DNA of 64,000 nucleotides from an uncultured Nitrospinota bacterium (lineage in GTDB: Bacteria; Tectomicrobia; Entotheonellia; J063; CAVPRW01), in NCBI GenBank assembly GCA_963707985.1, contig CAVPRW010000031.1, positions 288,001-352,000 of the forward strand, read 5' to 3'. Under the pieces are notes generated by a model. That model saw only the letters and a list, made by a program, of their open reading frames with translations, searched no databases and was not told the DNA's origin. The position numbers were made by a program, and so were the translations under genes. Position 1 is the first letter of the stretch. Each line of letters starts with the position of its first letter. This document shows positions 22,298 to 32,688 of this stretch, in pieces.

Positions 22298-23539
22298 CTA
22301 TGATACCGCCACGACAGTCTTCCGCTCCCGCATCAACACAGCCAACGGTGCGGCACCCATGGTCAGGAACCCCAAGAGGATCATCGTCCATCCCAACCCC
22401 GCAACATCCCCGAGCCAACCATACAGCACTGGAGCGACCATCCCAGACCCCTGATAGAGCATATAGAACAACCCGTAACCGCGAGTACGCGCCTCAGGCG
22501 AGACCAGCTCGGCCACGGTAGCGTAGAGCACCGATGACGTGCCATTCAAGAACACACCCAGGACCGGTAGCAGGAACAGCGCTGCCGTAAGCGGCAGCGG
22601 CAAGAGCGCCAGAATCGACAGGCCGGTAAGGAGCTCCGTCACCACCACCATACGCACCGCCCCAAGGCGCTCCGCCAGCGGACCGCAGACGAACTTGCCG
22701 CAGGCCCCACCAGCAAACACCAAGGTAAATAACAAACCCATTTGCTCGGGGCTGGCGCCTTTCTGAGCCAGCAAGAAGGGCACAAAGGTGAGGAACGCCG
22801 CGCGCGCCGAATCATCCAGCATGCCCACCGCCACCAGTCCACCAAAGCGCTTGCGATCGGTAATACCCCAACCGCGTACCTTTTGCCGCTGCATGCCGGC
22901 ATCAGCCGTGTGTTGCGCCAGGCGCTCCTGAGACTTGCCTCCCATCCAGACCACCAGCGCCGCGACCAGACCGAAGGCTCCCAGGAGCTCGACCGAAGCG
23001 CGCCAGCTCAGGACCAGAATTATCCCACTCAACAGTGCCGGGAAAACCACCTTGCCGACGTCCCCAGCGAAATTATAGGTGCCCATGGCGGTGCGTCTTC
23101 CCTGCGCTTCGTAGGCGCGTGAAACCAGGGAAGAGGACAGAGGGTGCTGTAGGCTGGCGCCGACGCCGATGAGCAGGCAGAGTGACGCCACCGTTGGAAA
23201 TGACCAAGCCGGCGACAGCAGCAGGAAGGCGCCGGATAGGGTCGCCAGCCCGAGGGCTAGCATACGTCGCTCACCGACGCGCTCGGCGATGATTCCCCCC
23301 GGTAGTTGAAAGAGGCTCTGGCCTCCAGAGATCAAGGTCTTGAGAAACCCCACCTGGGCATAGGAGAGCTGCAGGTCGGTGGCAATGAGGGGGAGCAACA
23401 AGTACATGGCGCTGGTATAGCCATCATGGATCGCATGCATGATGCAGCACAGGAGCAACACCACCTGCTGCTGCGCCAACCCCTGTTGGGCAAGAACAGT
23501 CATTGGAGCGGCAAATTGTCGCAAACGAGAGGTCATCAC
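22298..23539 (-). CDS. MFS transporter (Fsr-like)
   Basis: HAIHDGY, AERVGERR, QHP, GTYNFAGDVGK, multiple TM segments. Confidence 0.88.
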   Translation of the reverse strand: MMTSRLRQFAAPMTVLAQQGLAQQQVVLLLCCIMHAIHDGYTSAMYLLLPLIATDLQLSYAQVGFLKTLISGGQSLFQLPGGIIAERVGERRMLALGLATLSGAFLLLSPAWSFPTVASLCLLIGVGASLQHPLSSSLVSRAYEAQGRRTAMGTYNFAGDVGKVVFPALLSGIILVLSWRASVELLGAFGLVAALVVWMGGKSQERLAQHTADAGMQRQKVRGWGITDRKRFGGLVAVGMLDDSARAAFLTFVPFLLAQKGASPEQMGLLFTLVFAGGACGKFVCGPLAERLGAVRMVVVTELLTGLSILALLPLPLTAALFLLPVLGVFLNGTSSVLYATVAELVSPEARTRGYGLFYMLYQGSGMVAPVLYGWLGDVAGLGWTMILLGFLTMGAAPLAVLMRERKTVVAVS

Positions 23540-23991
23540 GCACTCCCACAGGTGCAGCCATCACGAACCATTGGCGGAGACACCGCGAACGCCAGCACCT
23601 CGAAAGGTCACGCACAAATTCGAAGAAGAGGTCATCATACCATATTTGAGATGGCACTGAAATGGAGATGTTGGGTGCAGCTGGGCCCAAACGGCATGAC
23701 GCACTCCGCTGTTCATGCAGCTCCTAAAGGCATCCTGCTTCTCGGATATTTAAGTATATTTTAATCTATTTTTATCAAAAAGATGATATACTCATGCCCG
23801 CGATAGGCACCCCTAGGTTCGAATTGTGCTTTCGGATTCGACCGCCGGACGATTGGCAACGTCTGGGTAAGTGGCCACCGCATGTGTGGTGCGCACGGAA
23901 AACCATTTGCAGGGCGTGTCCTGGGTGAAACGTCCTCTTCCAGAGCTGCTGTACCCCGTCACCACCTCTGAACAAACAGATAGGAGGAACC

Positions 23992-24924
23992 ATGGAACAC
24001 CCGAACGGGCAGGACCGGCAGACCGAGGTCACGGTGTTAAAGTGGGAACAGCGGAAAGAATTCGTCGGTTTCACCGATGACGACGCGCTGTTACTGCGCG
24101 ACTTGAGTCCCCTTAGCGAAACTTACGCAGACGAAGTCGTGGAGGACCTGTATCGACAGTTCTTGCGCTTCGACGAGACGAGGGCCTTCTTCCCGGATGA
24201 CGCCACGTTGAAACATGTGAAGGCGATGCAGAAGCAATACTTCCTCGGTCTGACGGTCGGGGACTACGGCCAAGAGTATCTGGCGAACCGCCTACACGTT
24301 GGGCGCGTCCACCAGCGTATTGGGTTGTCACCGCGCTGGTACATAGGGGCATATTCGCTCTACATGCAGTCGGTGATCCCCCGCGTGATAGCCGCCTTTG
24401 GATCCGACCTGAAGAAGGCGCAGCGCACGATCATCGCGCTGCTCAAACTCATTCAGTTGGACGAGGAATTGGCCATCACCACTTACATTGCGGCCTCTGA
24501 GGCGGTCATCGCTCGGCAATCCCGAGAGATTTTGGAGATTTCCACACCGGTCGTGCGAGTCTGGGAGGGGGTGATCGTCGCGCCGCTCATTGGCATGCTG
24601 GATACCCAACGCGCGCAGCAGTTTACGGAGCGGCTATTGACTCGCGTCGTGGAGACGAGGTCGTCGGTAGCACTGGTGGACATCACTGGGGTACCGATGG
24701 TCGACACGCACACGGCTCAGTACCTCCTTGAGGCCATCGCCGCGGTACGGCTGCTGGGCGCACAGTTAGTGTTGACGGGCGTGCGTCCGACGATCGCCCG
24801 GACGCTCGTGCACTTAGGTATTGACCTCGAAGGCGTCGTCACACGGGCATCGCTGGAAGCTGGGCTGCGCTTCGCGATGGAAAGCATGCATCTGCAAGAT
24901 GCGGCCAGAGATGGGCAGCGGTAG
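23992..24924 (+). CDS. rsbR: Stressosome sensor RsbR (protoglobin + STAS)
   Basis: Globin-sensor RLHVGRVHQRIGLSPRWYIGAY; STAS ILEISTPV...DITGVPMVDT...LTGVRP. Confidence 0.92.
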   Translation: MEHPNGQDRQTEVTVLKWEQRKEFVGFTDDDALLLRDLSPLSETYADEVVEDLYRQFLRFDETRAFFPDDATLKHVKAMQKQYFLGLTVGDYGQEYLANRLHVGRVHQRIGLSPRWYIGAYSLYMQSVIPRVIAAFGSDLKKAQRTIIALLKLIQLDEELAITTYIAASEAVIARQSREILEISTPVVRVWEGVIVAPLIGMLDTQRAQQFTERLLTRVVETRSSVALVDITGVPMVDTHTAQYLLEAIAAVRLLGAQLVLTGVRPTIARTLVHLGIDLEGVVTRASLEAGLRFAMESMHLQDAARDGQR

Positions 24925-24972
24925 CACGGACATGGCCACGTGCCTAGGAAATAGCGGCAAAGGGGAGACGCC

Positions 24973-25344
24973 ATGGCGGAGGAAGGCATTTCGGTCGTCA
25001 AAGTGCGCGACGTGCTGATGGTTACCATGCCGGCTGACCCTGATGATGCGAGCGTGTCGGCGCTCCAAATGAAAGTGCTCCAGATGATGGAGCAGTACGA
25101 AGCGACGGGGCTGGTGTTGGACATCTCTGCGGTCGAGACGCTCGATTCCTTTTTCGCCAGGACAGTAACGGAAACGGCCCAGATGGCGGCGCTGATGGGG
25201 GGGCGCACGGTCATTGCCGGGATGCGCCCAAGCGTTGCCATCACCGCCACTCAGTTGGGGTTGACGCTGGGCCGCGCAATGAGCGCGTTGGACGTGGACC
25301 GTGCGCTGGAGACATTGACCGATGCGGGCCAGGGGAAGCGATAG
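24973..25344 (+). CDS. rsbS: Stressosome scaffold RsbS
   Basis: LDISAVETLDSFF (S59-equivalent), GMRPSVAIT. Confidence 0.92.
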   Translation: MAEEGISVVKVRDVLMVTMPADPDDASVSALQMKVLQMMEQYEATGLVLDISAVETLDSFFARTVTETAQMAALMGGRTVIAGMRPSVAITATQLGLTLGRAMSALDVDRALETLTDAGQGKR

Positions 25345-25346
25345 CT

Positions 25347-25775
25347 ATGAGCGCTGAGCATGCGGGGGAAGTGCGGATTCACTCGGAGAGCGACATCGTT
25401 GAGGCCCGCAGGACTGTTCGCACTGCGGCGACCCAAATGGGCTTCGGCATCACGGATGTCACACGCATCGCCACTGTCGCCTCGGAGTTGGCACGCAATG
25501 TCTTTCTGTATGCTGGGTCAGGCATCATGCGTTGGCGGGCACTAGATACGGGGGGTAGGATCGGCATCGAGCTGACGTTTAAAGATAGCGGCCCGGGCAT
25601 CACTGACGTTGAGCAGGCGATGCAAGGAGGTTATACCACCAGGGACGGGTTGGGGATGGGATTGCCGGGCGCCAAGCGCTTGATGGACGAGTTTGAGATC
25701 GCCTCCGAGAGCGGCAAAGGCACCATCGTGACAGCGAAGAAGTGGCACAGACGCTTGGGAGAGAACACCTCATGA
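25347..25775 (+). CDS. rsbT: Ser/Thr kinase RsbT
   Basis: SELARN, DSGPGI, GLGMGLPGAKRLMDEF. Confidence 0.93.
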   Translation: MSAEHAGEVRIHSESDIVEARRTVRTAATQMGFGITDVTRIATVASELARNVFLYAGSGIMRWRALDTGGRIGIELTFKDSGPGITDVEQAMQGGYTTRDGLGMGLPGAKRLMDEFEIASESGKGTIVTAKKWHRRLGENTS

Positions 25776-26815
25776 TACAGGCGTCTATGCATCATTTGCC
25801 ACCTGTACTGATCGCAGTCGTCCATGGCAGCGATGTGAACGAGGCACGCCAGAGGGCTCAGGTGATGGCGCTGGCCATCGGCTTTGACGAGACGGTAAGC
25901 GCTGAGGTAGCCCTCGCCGTGAGCGAGCTCGGCGCCAATCTGCTGAGGCGTACCAAGGGGGGGACGCTGACGCTGACGCTACTCGTCGATGGCCGGCGCG
26001 TCGGCATGCAGGTCATTTCGCAGGACCGCGGCCCTGGCATCGCGGATATAGAACAAGCGCTGCGGAATGGCTTTTCGACGGCGGGCGGTTTGGGCTATGG
26101 CTTGGGCACGATAAACCGCCTCATGGATGAGTTAGACATTGTGTCAGAGCCGGGGACGAACGGGGGCACGCGAATCACCTGTAAGCGCTGGCTGCGCGCC
26201 GATGTACGCCGGACGATGCCTGGCCCGCTGACCTTTGGCGCAGCCAGTCGGCCACATCCGAGGATGACGGAGAACGGTGATGCCTTCGTGATCAAGTGCT
26301 GGGGCGAGGGTGCGCTGGTGGCGGTGATCGATGGTTTGGGACACGGGCCCTTGGCCCAGCGCGCGGCGCAGACGGCGCGACAATACGTGGAGGGCCATGT
26401 CGATCAACCGTTGGATCTTATTTTTCGCGGTGTCGGCCGTACTTGCCGTGCCACGCGTGGTGTGGTGATGGCGCTGGCGCGCTTCGATTGGGGTGGGACA
26501 CAACTGACCTTCGCCAGCATCGGTAACATCGAAGTGCGCGTGTTCGGGAGTGTTGAACCGATGAATTTTCCGGTCCGCCGTGGCATCGTCGGCGTCAACG
26601 CCCCCAACCCCGCGGTCATACAACATCGTTGGCAGCCAAACCATGTCTTAGTCCTCCACTCTGATGGCCTAACGACGCTTTGGCGATGGCAAGATTTTCC
26701 AGACCTCAGGAGGGCTTCGGCATCGGTGATGGCCCGGCGTCTATTACAGGCGCTGGCCAAAGATGATGACGATGCAACGGTTCTGGTCGTCAAAGGGGAG
26801 GATGAGATGCGGTGA
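25772..26815 (+). CDS. rsbX: RsbT-like ATPase fused to SpoIIE/PP2C phosphatase (RsbX type)
   Basis: SELGANL, DRGPGI, NGDA, IDGLGHG, LHSDGL, DDATV. Confidence 0.85.
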   Translation: MIQASMHHLPPVLIAVVHGSDVNEARQRAQVMALAIGFDETVSAEVALAVSELGANLLRRTKGGTLTLTLLVDGRRVGMQVISQDRGPGIADIEQALRNGFSTAGGLGYGLGTINRLMDELDIVSEPGTNGGTRITCKRWLRADVRRTMPGPLTFGAASRPHPRMTENGDAFVIKCWGEGALVAVIDGLGHGPLAQRAAQTARQYVEGHVDQPLDLIFRGVGRTCRATRGVVMALARFDWGGTQLTFASIGNIEVRVFGSVEPMNFPVRRGIVGVNAPNPAVIQHRWQPNHVLVLHSDGLTTLWRWQDFPDLRRASASVMARRLLQALAKDDDDATVLVVKGEDEMR

Positions 26816-27807
26816 GTGCGCATGTCTGGGAACAACGATTCGAAGCAGCGCAGGAAACCATTCGCCGGCTGCAAGATGAGCTAGCCGAGACCAACCGTGG
26901 CCTACTCGCCCTGACCATGGAGTTGGAAGAGCGGGTGGAAGAGCGCACCGCAGAGCTGCGCGCGGCACACGAGAAATTGGAACGGACCAATTCTGAGTTG
27001 CTGCAGTTGACCTTGGAGCTGGACGACCGCGTCGCGGCACGCACCGCAGAGCTGCGGGCAAAGGACGAAGAGATTAGGGCGATGTCGCAACAACTTTGGC
27101 AAACCGCCAAGCTCGCAACCATGGGAGAGTTGGCAGCGAGCATCGCCCACGAACTGAACAATCCCCTGGCCACGGTGAGCTTGCGCGTTGAGATGCTGCT
27201 AGGACAAATGGCTCCCGATGCACCCCAGCGGCGGGCCCTCGAAGTTATCGTACGGGAGGTCCAGCGCATGGGGCAGCTCGTCGGCAATCTACTGCAGTCC
27301 ACACGCCGCGGCCAACAGCAAGTTTCCACGCTGGACGTGCGCGAGGAGATCGAGTGCACACTGGAATTGATTCACTACCACCTGCGCAACCATCACATCG
27401 CTGTCGTGTGCCAGTTTGCGCCCGACGTGCCGATGGTGCAGGCCGATCGTCAGCAGTTACGACAGCTGTTCCTGAATCTGTTCGCCAACGCCAGCGACGC
27501 CATGCCCCAGGGCGGAACGTTGACGCTGCAGGTGAAGACGGATCCCCCCGCTCAGCAAATCGAGATCGCTATCTCCGACACGGGTATGGGGATCGCGGCC
27601 GAGGATTTACCGCGGGTGATGGAGCCATTCTTCACATCCAAGCCAGAAGGCCGAGGAACAGGCTTGGGGTTACCGATCTGTCGGCGCATCGTGCAAGAGC
27701 ATCAAGGCGCCCTTTACATTGTGAGCACAGTCTACGAAGGGACCACAGTATTGGTCACGCTGCCCACCCAGCATAAACAGCACGGAGCATCTTTCATTGA
27801 GGCCTAG
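26812..27807 (+). CDS. Soluble histidine kinase, stressosome output
   Basis: ELAETNRGLLAL coiled coil, [26 protein letters not shown]. Confidence 0.9.
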   Translation: MSAHVWEQRFEAAQETIRRLQDELAETNRGLLALTMELEERVEERTAELRAAHEKLERTNSELLQLTLELDDRVAARTAELRAKDEEIRAMSQQLWQTAKLATMGELAASIAHELNNPLATVSLRVEMLLGQMAPDAPQRRALEVIVREVQRMGQLVGNLLQSTRRGQQQVSTLDVREEIECTLELIHYHLRNHHIAVVCQFAPDVPMVQADRQQLRQLFLNLFANASDAMPQGGTLTLQVKTDPPAQQIEIAISDTGMGIAAEDLPRVMEPFFTSKPEGRGTGLGLPICRRIVQEHQGALYIVSTVYEGTTVLVTLPTQHKQHGASFIEA

Positions 27808-27830
27808 AAGGGTTACTGGCGAGGTGCATC

Positions 27831-30722
27831 ATGGACACATCGACTCTGGGCCGCTTGCTAATCGTCGATGACGAAGTCGAGCTCAAGACCGCCTTATGTG
27901 AAACGTTGTCAGCGCAAGGCTATGACGTGGTAGGGACAACGTCGCCGACGGAGGCCTTGCAAGTCATGCAAGACCAGGATTTCGACCTCCTCCTGGCCGA
28001 TTTGATGATGCCCGAGATGGATGGTGTGGCACTCCTCCGCGCCGCGCTAGCTATCGACCCGTCGCTGGTGGGCATCATCATGACCGGCCAGGGCACGGTG
28101 CAGACGGCAGTGGAGGCGATGCAGGCTGGCGCCTTCGATTACCTCCTGAAGCCATTTAGATTGCAGACCCTCCTGCTCACCCTATCGCGCGCCCTAGACG
28201 TCCACCGGCTGCGCCAGGAAAATCTCCTGCTCCGGGAGACAGTAGCGCTTTACGAATTGAGTCGGACGATCGAGTTTACCTTGGATTTGAAAACCATCTT
28301 GGAGAAGACCGCAGACGCGGCCCTTCAGCAATGCGAGGCCGAGGAGATTTCCATCATGTTGCCGACGCCTGCGGGCAACGAGCTCTGGATAGCGGCGGTG
28401 CGTGGCATGCACCATCAAGCCCTGTCAGGCAAATGCGTGCCGATCGACCAAGGGATTGCGGGTTGGGTCGCGCGTCACCGCGAGCCGCTGCTCTTACACG
28501 GTGAGGTCAAAGACTTACGTTTCGCGCCCGCCCGCGCCCGCCCAGAGATCCAGTCCGCCATTTCCTTGCCCCTGCTGCTCGGAGGTCAATTGGTCGGCGT
28601 CTTGAACGTGAACTCACTCCGCCACCGCCGCTTTACACCTGGAGACATCAAAGCTTTGACGCTGATCGCGAATACTGCGATCAGCGCCCTCGAAGCCGTC
28701 AGGCTCTATAACGAGGTCAAGCAAGCCGAGGAACAATACCGCATGATCTTCGAAAATGCCGCCGAGGGCATCTACCAGAGCACACCCGAGGGGCGCTTCA
28801 TCACCGTCAACCCTGCTATGGTGCGTATGTTGGGCTATGAGTCGAGCACGGAGATGATAGCCGCCATCACCAGTATCGACCACCAATTGTATGTGGATCC
28901 AACTCAAGGCCGGCAGTTCCGGCAATGGCTCGAAGCACATGGGGTGGTGCAGGGCTTCGAGATGCAGCTATGCCGTAAAGACACGAGCGTCATATGGGTC
29001 TCTGTCAATAGTCGGGCTGTACGTGAGGCCAGCGGTGCCCTACGGTACTATGAGGGCACCGCTGAAGACATCACCGCACGCAAACAGGTGGAGGAGTTGC
29101 TTGAAGCCCGTGGCCGCCAACAGGCTGCTATTGCCGACCTGGGCAAACATGCCCTCGCCTATACCGACCTTGCTTTGTTGATGGGCGATGTGGTCAGCCT
29201 CGTCGCGCAGACACTCGAGATGGAATATTGTGGGGTGTTCGAACTGCTCCCGAACCGCAGCATGGTGTTGCGTGCAGGTGTGGGTTGGGAGCAAGGAGCC
29301 GTGGGTCACGCCATCGTCGACGCCAGTGCCGAGTCCCTCGCGGGCTACATCCTGGGCGCTGACCAGCCGGTGGTCGTCGAGAACCTGTCCACCGACACGC
29401 GATTCCGCAACGCCTCATGGCTTGACGACCATGGAGCGGCCAGCGGCATGAGCGTCATCATCCATGGACAGAGCCGAGTATTTGGCGTCCTAGAAGCACA
29501 TACCGCCCGAAACCGAGCGTACACCACCGATGAGGTCTACTTTCTCCATGCGGTCGCCCACGTGTTGGCCACCGCAGTTGAACGCATGCGCACGGAGGCT
29601 GCACTTCGCCAAACCGACAAACTGGCGACCATGGGTTCGCTGCTGGCCGAGGTGGCGCATGAGTTGAATAATCCCCTAACCATCGTCCTTGGCCAGACCG
29701 AGTTGCTCCTCGGGGTGTGTCCACCAGGCCCCATCACGGACCGGGCCAACCAACTCCACAAGGCAGCAGATCGTTGTGCACGCATCGTCAAGAGCTTCCT
29801 GGCTCTTGCTCGCCAGCACCCTCCCGAGCGGCAGCAGGTTCAGCTCGATCAGATTGCTCGGGAAGCCGTCGAGCTGCTAGCGTACCCGTTGCGAGTGGAT
29901 AATGTCGAGATCGTCTGGGATTTGACCGATCGGCTCCCGCAGATTTGGGCCGACTCTCATATGCTGTACCAAGTAATGGTGAATCTCATCGCCAACGCCC
30001 AACAAGCCATGCATAACGGCTCTCCACAGCGGCGTATAACCATCACCACCCGTGTCGAGGCGTCCTCAGGGGGCGTCATCCTCATAGTGGCTGATACAGG
30101 GCCTGGCATTCCAGCTGAGCTACAGCCACGTATTTTCGAGCCCTTTTTCACCACCAAGCCTCCTGGGCAAGGCACCGGCTTGGGTCTCTCGCTCTGTCAG
30201 GGCATCATCGCTAGTCATGGGGGTACGATACGCGTGGAAAGCCCGCCGGGGCGTGGGGCTGCTTTTGTTGTCGAACTGCCTGTGGGAACTCATCCGACAG
30301 AGACTGCGACACCGAGCCATGCACCTGGAATGCAGCCGCCGGTCACGCAAAAACACATCCTCATTCTCGATGATGAGGCAGAGGTGGTGGAAACCCTGGC
30401 GGAGTTACTGTCTATCGACGCCCATCTCGTGGATATAGCCACCACTGGCGCTATGGCGTTGGACAAGCTGCAGAAACACAGCTACGATCTCATCCTCAGC
30501 GATCTGCGCATGCCGGAGACCGACGGACCTGCCTTCTACCGAGCATTACGGCATAACCATCCGGCCTTATGTGAACGCGTGGTCTTCTTAACGGGGGATA
30601 GGCTGAGCCCAGAGTTCCGTTCCTTCCTAGAGCAAACGGCTGTACCTACGCTAGGGAAGCCCGTGACGCTGATGGAACTCCGGAGAGCTGTGCAGCAGGT
30701 GTTACAACGTAGGGGTCAATGA
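27831..30722 (+). CDS. Hybrid kinase REC-GAF-PAS-GAF-HisKA-HATPase-REC
   Basis: [40 protein letters not shown]-terminal DLRMPETDG. Confidence 0.92.
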   Translation: MDTSTLGRLLIVDDEVELKTALCETLSAQGYDVVGTTSPTEALQVMQDQDFDLLLADLMMPEMDGVALLRAALAIDPSLVGIIMTGQGTVQTAVEAMQAGAFDYLLKPFRLQTLLLTLSRALDVHRLRQENLLLRETVALYELSRTIEFTLDLKTILEKTADAALQQCEAEEISIMLPTPAGNELWIAAVRGMHHQALSGKCVPIDQGIAGWVARHREPLLLHGEVKDLRFAPARARPEIQSAISLPLLLGGQLVGVLNVNSLRHRRFTPGDIKALTLIANTAISALEAVRLYNEVKQAEEQYRMIFENAAEGIYQSTPEGRFITVNPAMVRMLGYESSTEMIAAITSIDHQLYVDPTQGRQFRQWLEAHGVVQGFEMQLCRKDTSVIWVSVNSRAVREASGALRYYEGTAEDITARKQVEELLEARGRQQAAIADLGKHALAYTDLALLMGDVVSLVAQTLEMEYCGVFELLPNRSMVLRAGVGWEQGAVGHAIVDASAESLAGYILGADQPVVVENLSTDTRFRNASWLDDHGAASGMSVIIHGQSRVFGVLEAHTARNRAYTTDEVYFLHAVAHVLATAVERMRTEAALRQTDKLATMGSLLAEVAHELNNPLTIVLGQTELLLGVCPPGPITDRANQLHKAADRCARIVKSFLALARQHPPERQQVQLDQIAREAVELLAYPLRVDNVEIVWDLTDRLPQIWADSHMLYQVMVNLIANAQQAMHNGSPQRRITITTRVEASSGGVILIVADTGPGIPAELQPRIFEPFFTTKPPGQGTGLGLSLCQGIIASHGGTIRVESPPGRGAAFVVELPVGTHPTETATPSHAPGMQPPVTQKHILILDDEAEVVETLAELLSIDAHLVDIATTGAMALDKLQKHSYDLILSDLRMPETDGPAFYRALRHNHPALCERVVFLTGDRLSPEFRSFLEQTAVPTLGKPVTLMELRRAVQQVLQRRGQ

Positions 30723-30778
30723 AACCGCGAGGCTGGCCTTGCCGCCGAGATCGCTGCTCTGCCCCCGTTCATCAGGCT

Positions 30779-31738
30779 TCAAAACCACCGGGCACGTCGC
30801 ATCCAAAGCCACATACCAGCGGGGATGAGCGCCATCGCAACCAACGCCAGCACCAGGGCCCAGAGGCTTCGGAACGGGAGCTGTTCGAAGTTCATCCCGA
30901 AGAAACCGGTCAGGAAGGTCAACGGCATGAAAATTGTCGCCACCGCCGTCAAGCGTTTCATCACCTGGTTCAAGGTGTTGGAGATATGCGACAAATGTAC
31001 CTCCAGCGCGTTGGACAGCCGCTCGCGTTGCGTCTCCACCAACTCATAGACGCGGGCTGTATGGTCGTAGAGGTCGCGGAAATAGAGCAGGTGCGACTCT
31101 TGAATGAGCGGTAGATGGCGGTTCAGCATGGCGTTGAACACATCGCGCATGGGGCCAATGGCGCGGCGCATGTCGATGAGGATATTGCGACGACGGAAAA
31201 TCAGCGGTTGCACCGACTCGGGCTGCGGTGTGAAGATGCACTCCTCGATCTCATCGATCCCCTCCTCGAACTGGTCAACCAGCGCAAAAAACGTATCGAC
31301 CACCGCATCAGCGACCGCATATAGTACAAAGTCGGCGCCACGCTGCATGAGGTCTGGCGCCTGATGCATGCGCTGCCAGACGGCGGCGATGGCGGGGCTA
31401 TCCTGATCCTCAACGGTGACGAGACAGTGCGCCATGAGGAAGCAGTGAATCTCGGTGGTCTCCAGTGTGTCCTGTTCCCAGGACAGCGCGAACAGCACCA
31501 GGAACGCATAGCCATCATAGGGCTCGAACTTCGGCCGCTGATTGCGATTCCGGCAATCCTCAATGGTCAGTGGATGGAAAGCATATGTGTCCTGAAGCCA
31601 CAAAAGATCGGCGTCGGTGGGAGCCAGACAGCGCACCCAGGTGATCGCCTCGGTGGATTGGCGTAGGGAGGGGAGCTCATCCGGCTTCACCTCCCGCGAT
31701 GGTTCCCCGGCTTTAGGCAATGTGAGGATGCTGAGCAT
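30779..31738 (-). CDS. corA: Magnesium/cobalt transporter CorA
   Basis: FHPLTIED, QRPKFE, YFRDLYDH, GFFGMNF signature. Confidence 0.95.
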   Translation of the reverse strand: MLSILTLPKAGEPSREVKPDELPSLRQSTEAITWVRCLAPTDADLLWLQDTYAFHPLTIEDCRNRNQRPKFEPYDGYAFLVLFALSWEQDTLETTEIHCFLMAHCLVTVEDQDSPAIAAVWQRMHQAPDLMQRGADFVLYAVADAVVDTFFALVDQFEEGIDEIEECIFTPQPESVQPLIFRRRNILIDMRRAIGPMRDVFNAMLNRHLPLIQESHLLYFRDLYDHTARVYELVETQRERLSNALEVHLSHISNTLNQVMKRLTAVATIFMPLTFLTGFFGMNFEQLPFRSLWALVLALVAMALIPAGMWLWMRRARWF

Positions 31739-31874
31739 TGACGACTCCCAGACCTATGTCACCTGCGCCAATATCGACCTGCACTAGCGAGTCCCAAGAC
31801 GCATGTCTCCCCGATTTCGTGAGCCAAGTCTTGCGGACGCCGCTGCGTTAACGGGCTCAGTACCGGTCCTCTTC

Positions 31875-32600
31875 CTATTCCTGTAAGTACTTGGCGAACC
31901 AGCCTTTGGTTTTCTCCCAGGCATCCTGGGCGGCCTCGGGATGATACGAAGCGCGCTCGTCACAGAAAAATCCATGGTCGGCGCCGGCATACACCTTGAT
32001 TTCAAACGTTTTCCCCAGCGCGCGCAGTCGATCCTCGATTTTTTTGACCTGCGACAGCGGAATGTAGGGGTCCTTCTCACCAAAAAAACACTGGACCGGA
32101 GCCTGCAAGTCACCGGCAGCATTCAGCGGCGCCGAAGGGGTATCGCCGGCGATGTTCCCGCCATAAAACGGCACCGCTGCCTTGATATCGGTGGGAAATG
32201 TACAGGCGGCCATGAAGGCGATCGTACCTCCCATACAGAAGCCTGTAATGCCGATACGTTCTCCGTTCACAAAGGTCTGGGTCTTGAGGTGGGTGATGAC
32301 GCTCTGCAGGTCGGCCGCGACTTTTTCGGCATCAAGCCGCTGCATGAGCGCGATGGCCTCCGGGAGTTGGTCGTAGCCGACGACGTTAGGAGATTCTCGG
32401 TAGTAGAGGTCGGGGGCAAGGGCGACATACCCCTCGGCGGCAATCCGCTCGGTGACATCCTTGATGTGGTCGTTGAGGCCAAACGCCTCCATGATGACCA
32501 TTACCGCAGGGAACTTCCCCTGTCCTCGCGGCTGGGCCTGATGGCACTTCATCTCCCCCTCGCCTGTCCGTAGTCGAATGGTAGTGGTGGTGATTTGCAT
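31875..32600 (-). CDS. Dienelactone hydrolase family protein
   Basis: EAFGLN, APDLY, GFCMGG, ADHGFFC. Confidence 0.93.
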   Translation of the reverse strand: MQITTTTIRLRTGEGEMKCHQAQPRGQGKFPAVMVIMEAFGLNDHIKDVTERIAAEGYVALAPDLYYRESPNVVGYDQLPEAIALMQRLDAEKVAADLQSVITHLKTQTFVNGERIGITGFCMGGTIAFMAACTFPTDIKAAVPFYGGNIAGDTPSAPLNAAGDLQAPVQCFFGEKDPYIPLSQVKKIEDRLRALGKTFEIKVYAGADHGFFCDERASYHPEAAQDAWEKTKGWFAKYLQE

Positions 32601-32688
32601 GGCGGTCGCTCCTGGTGGTTCGCTGCATCAAGGGCTGCCCCACTCCTGAGCCGATGGCAAGAATGCCATGGCCGCATTGTAAAGCAGC

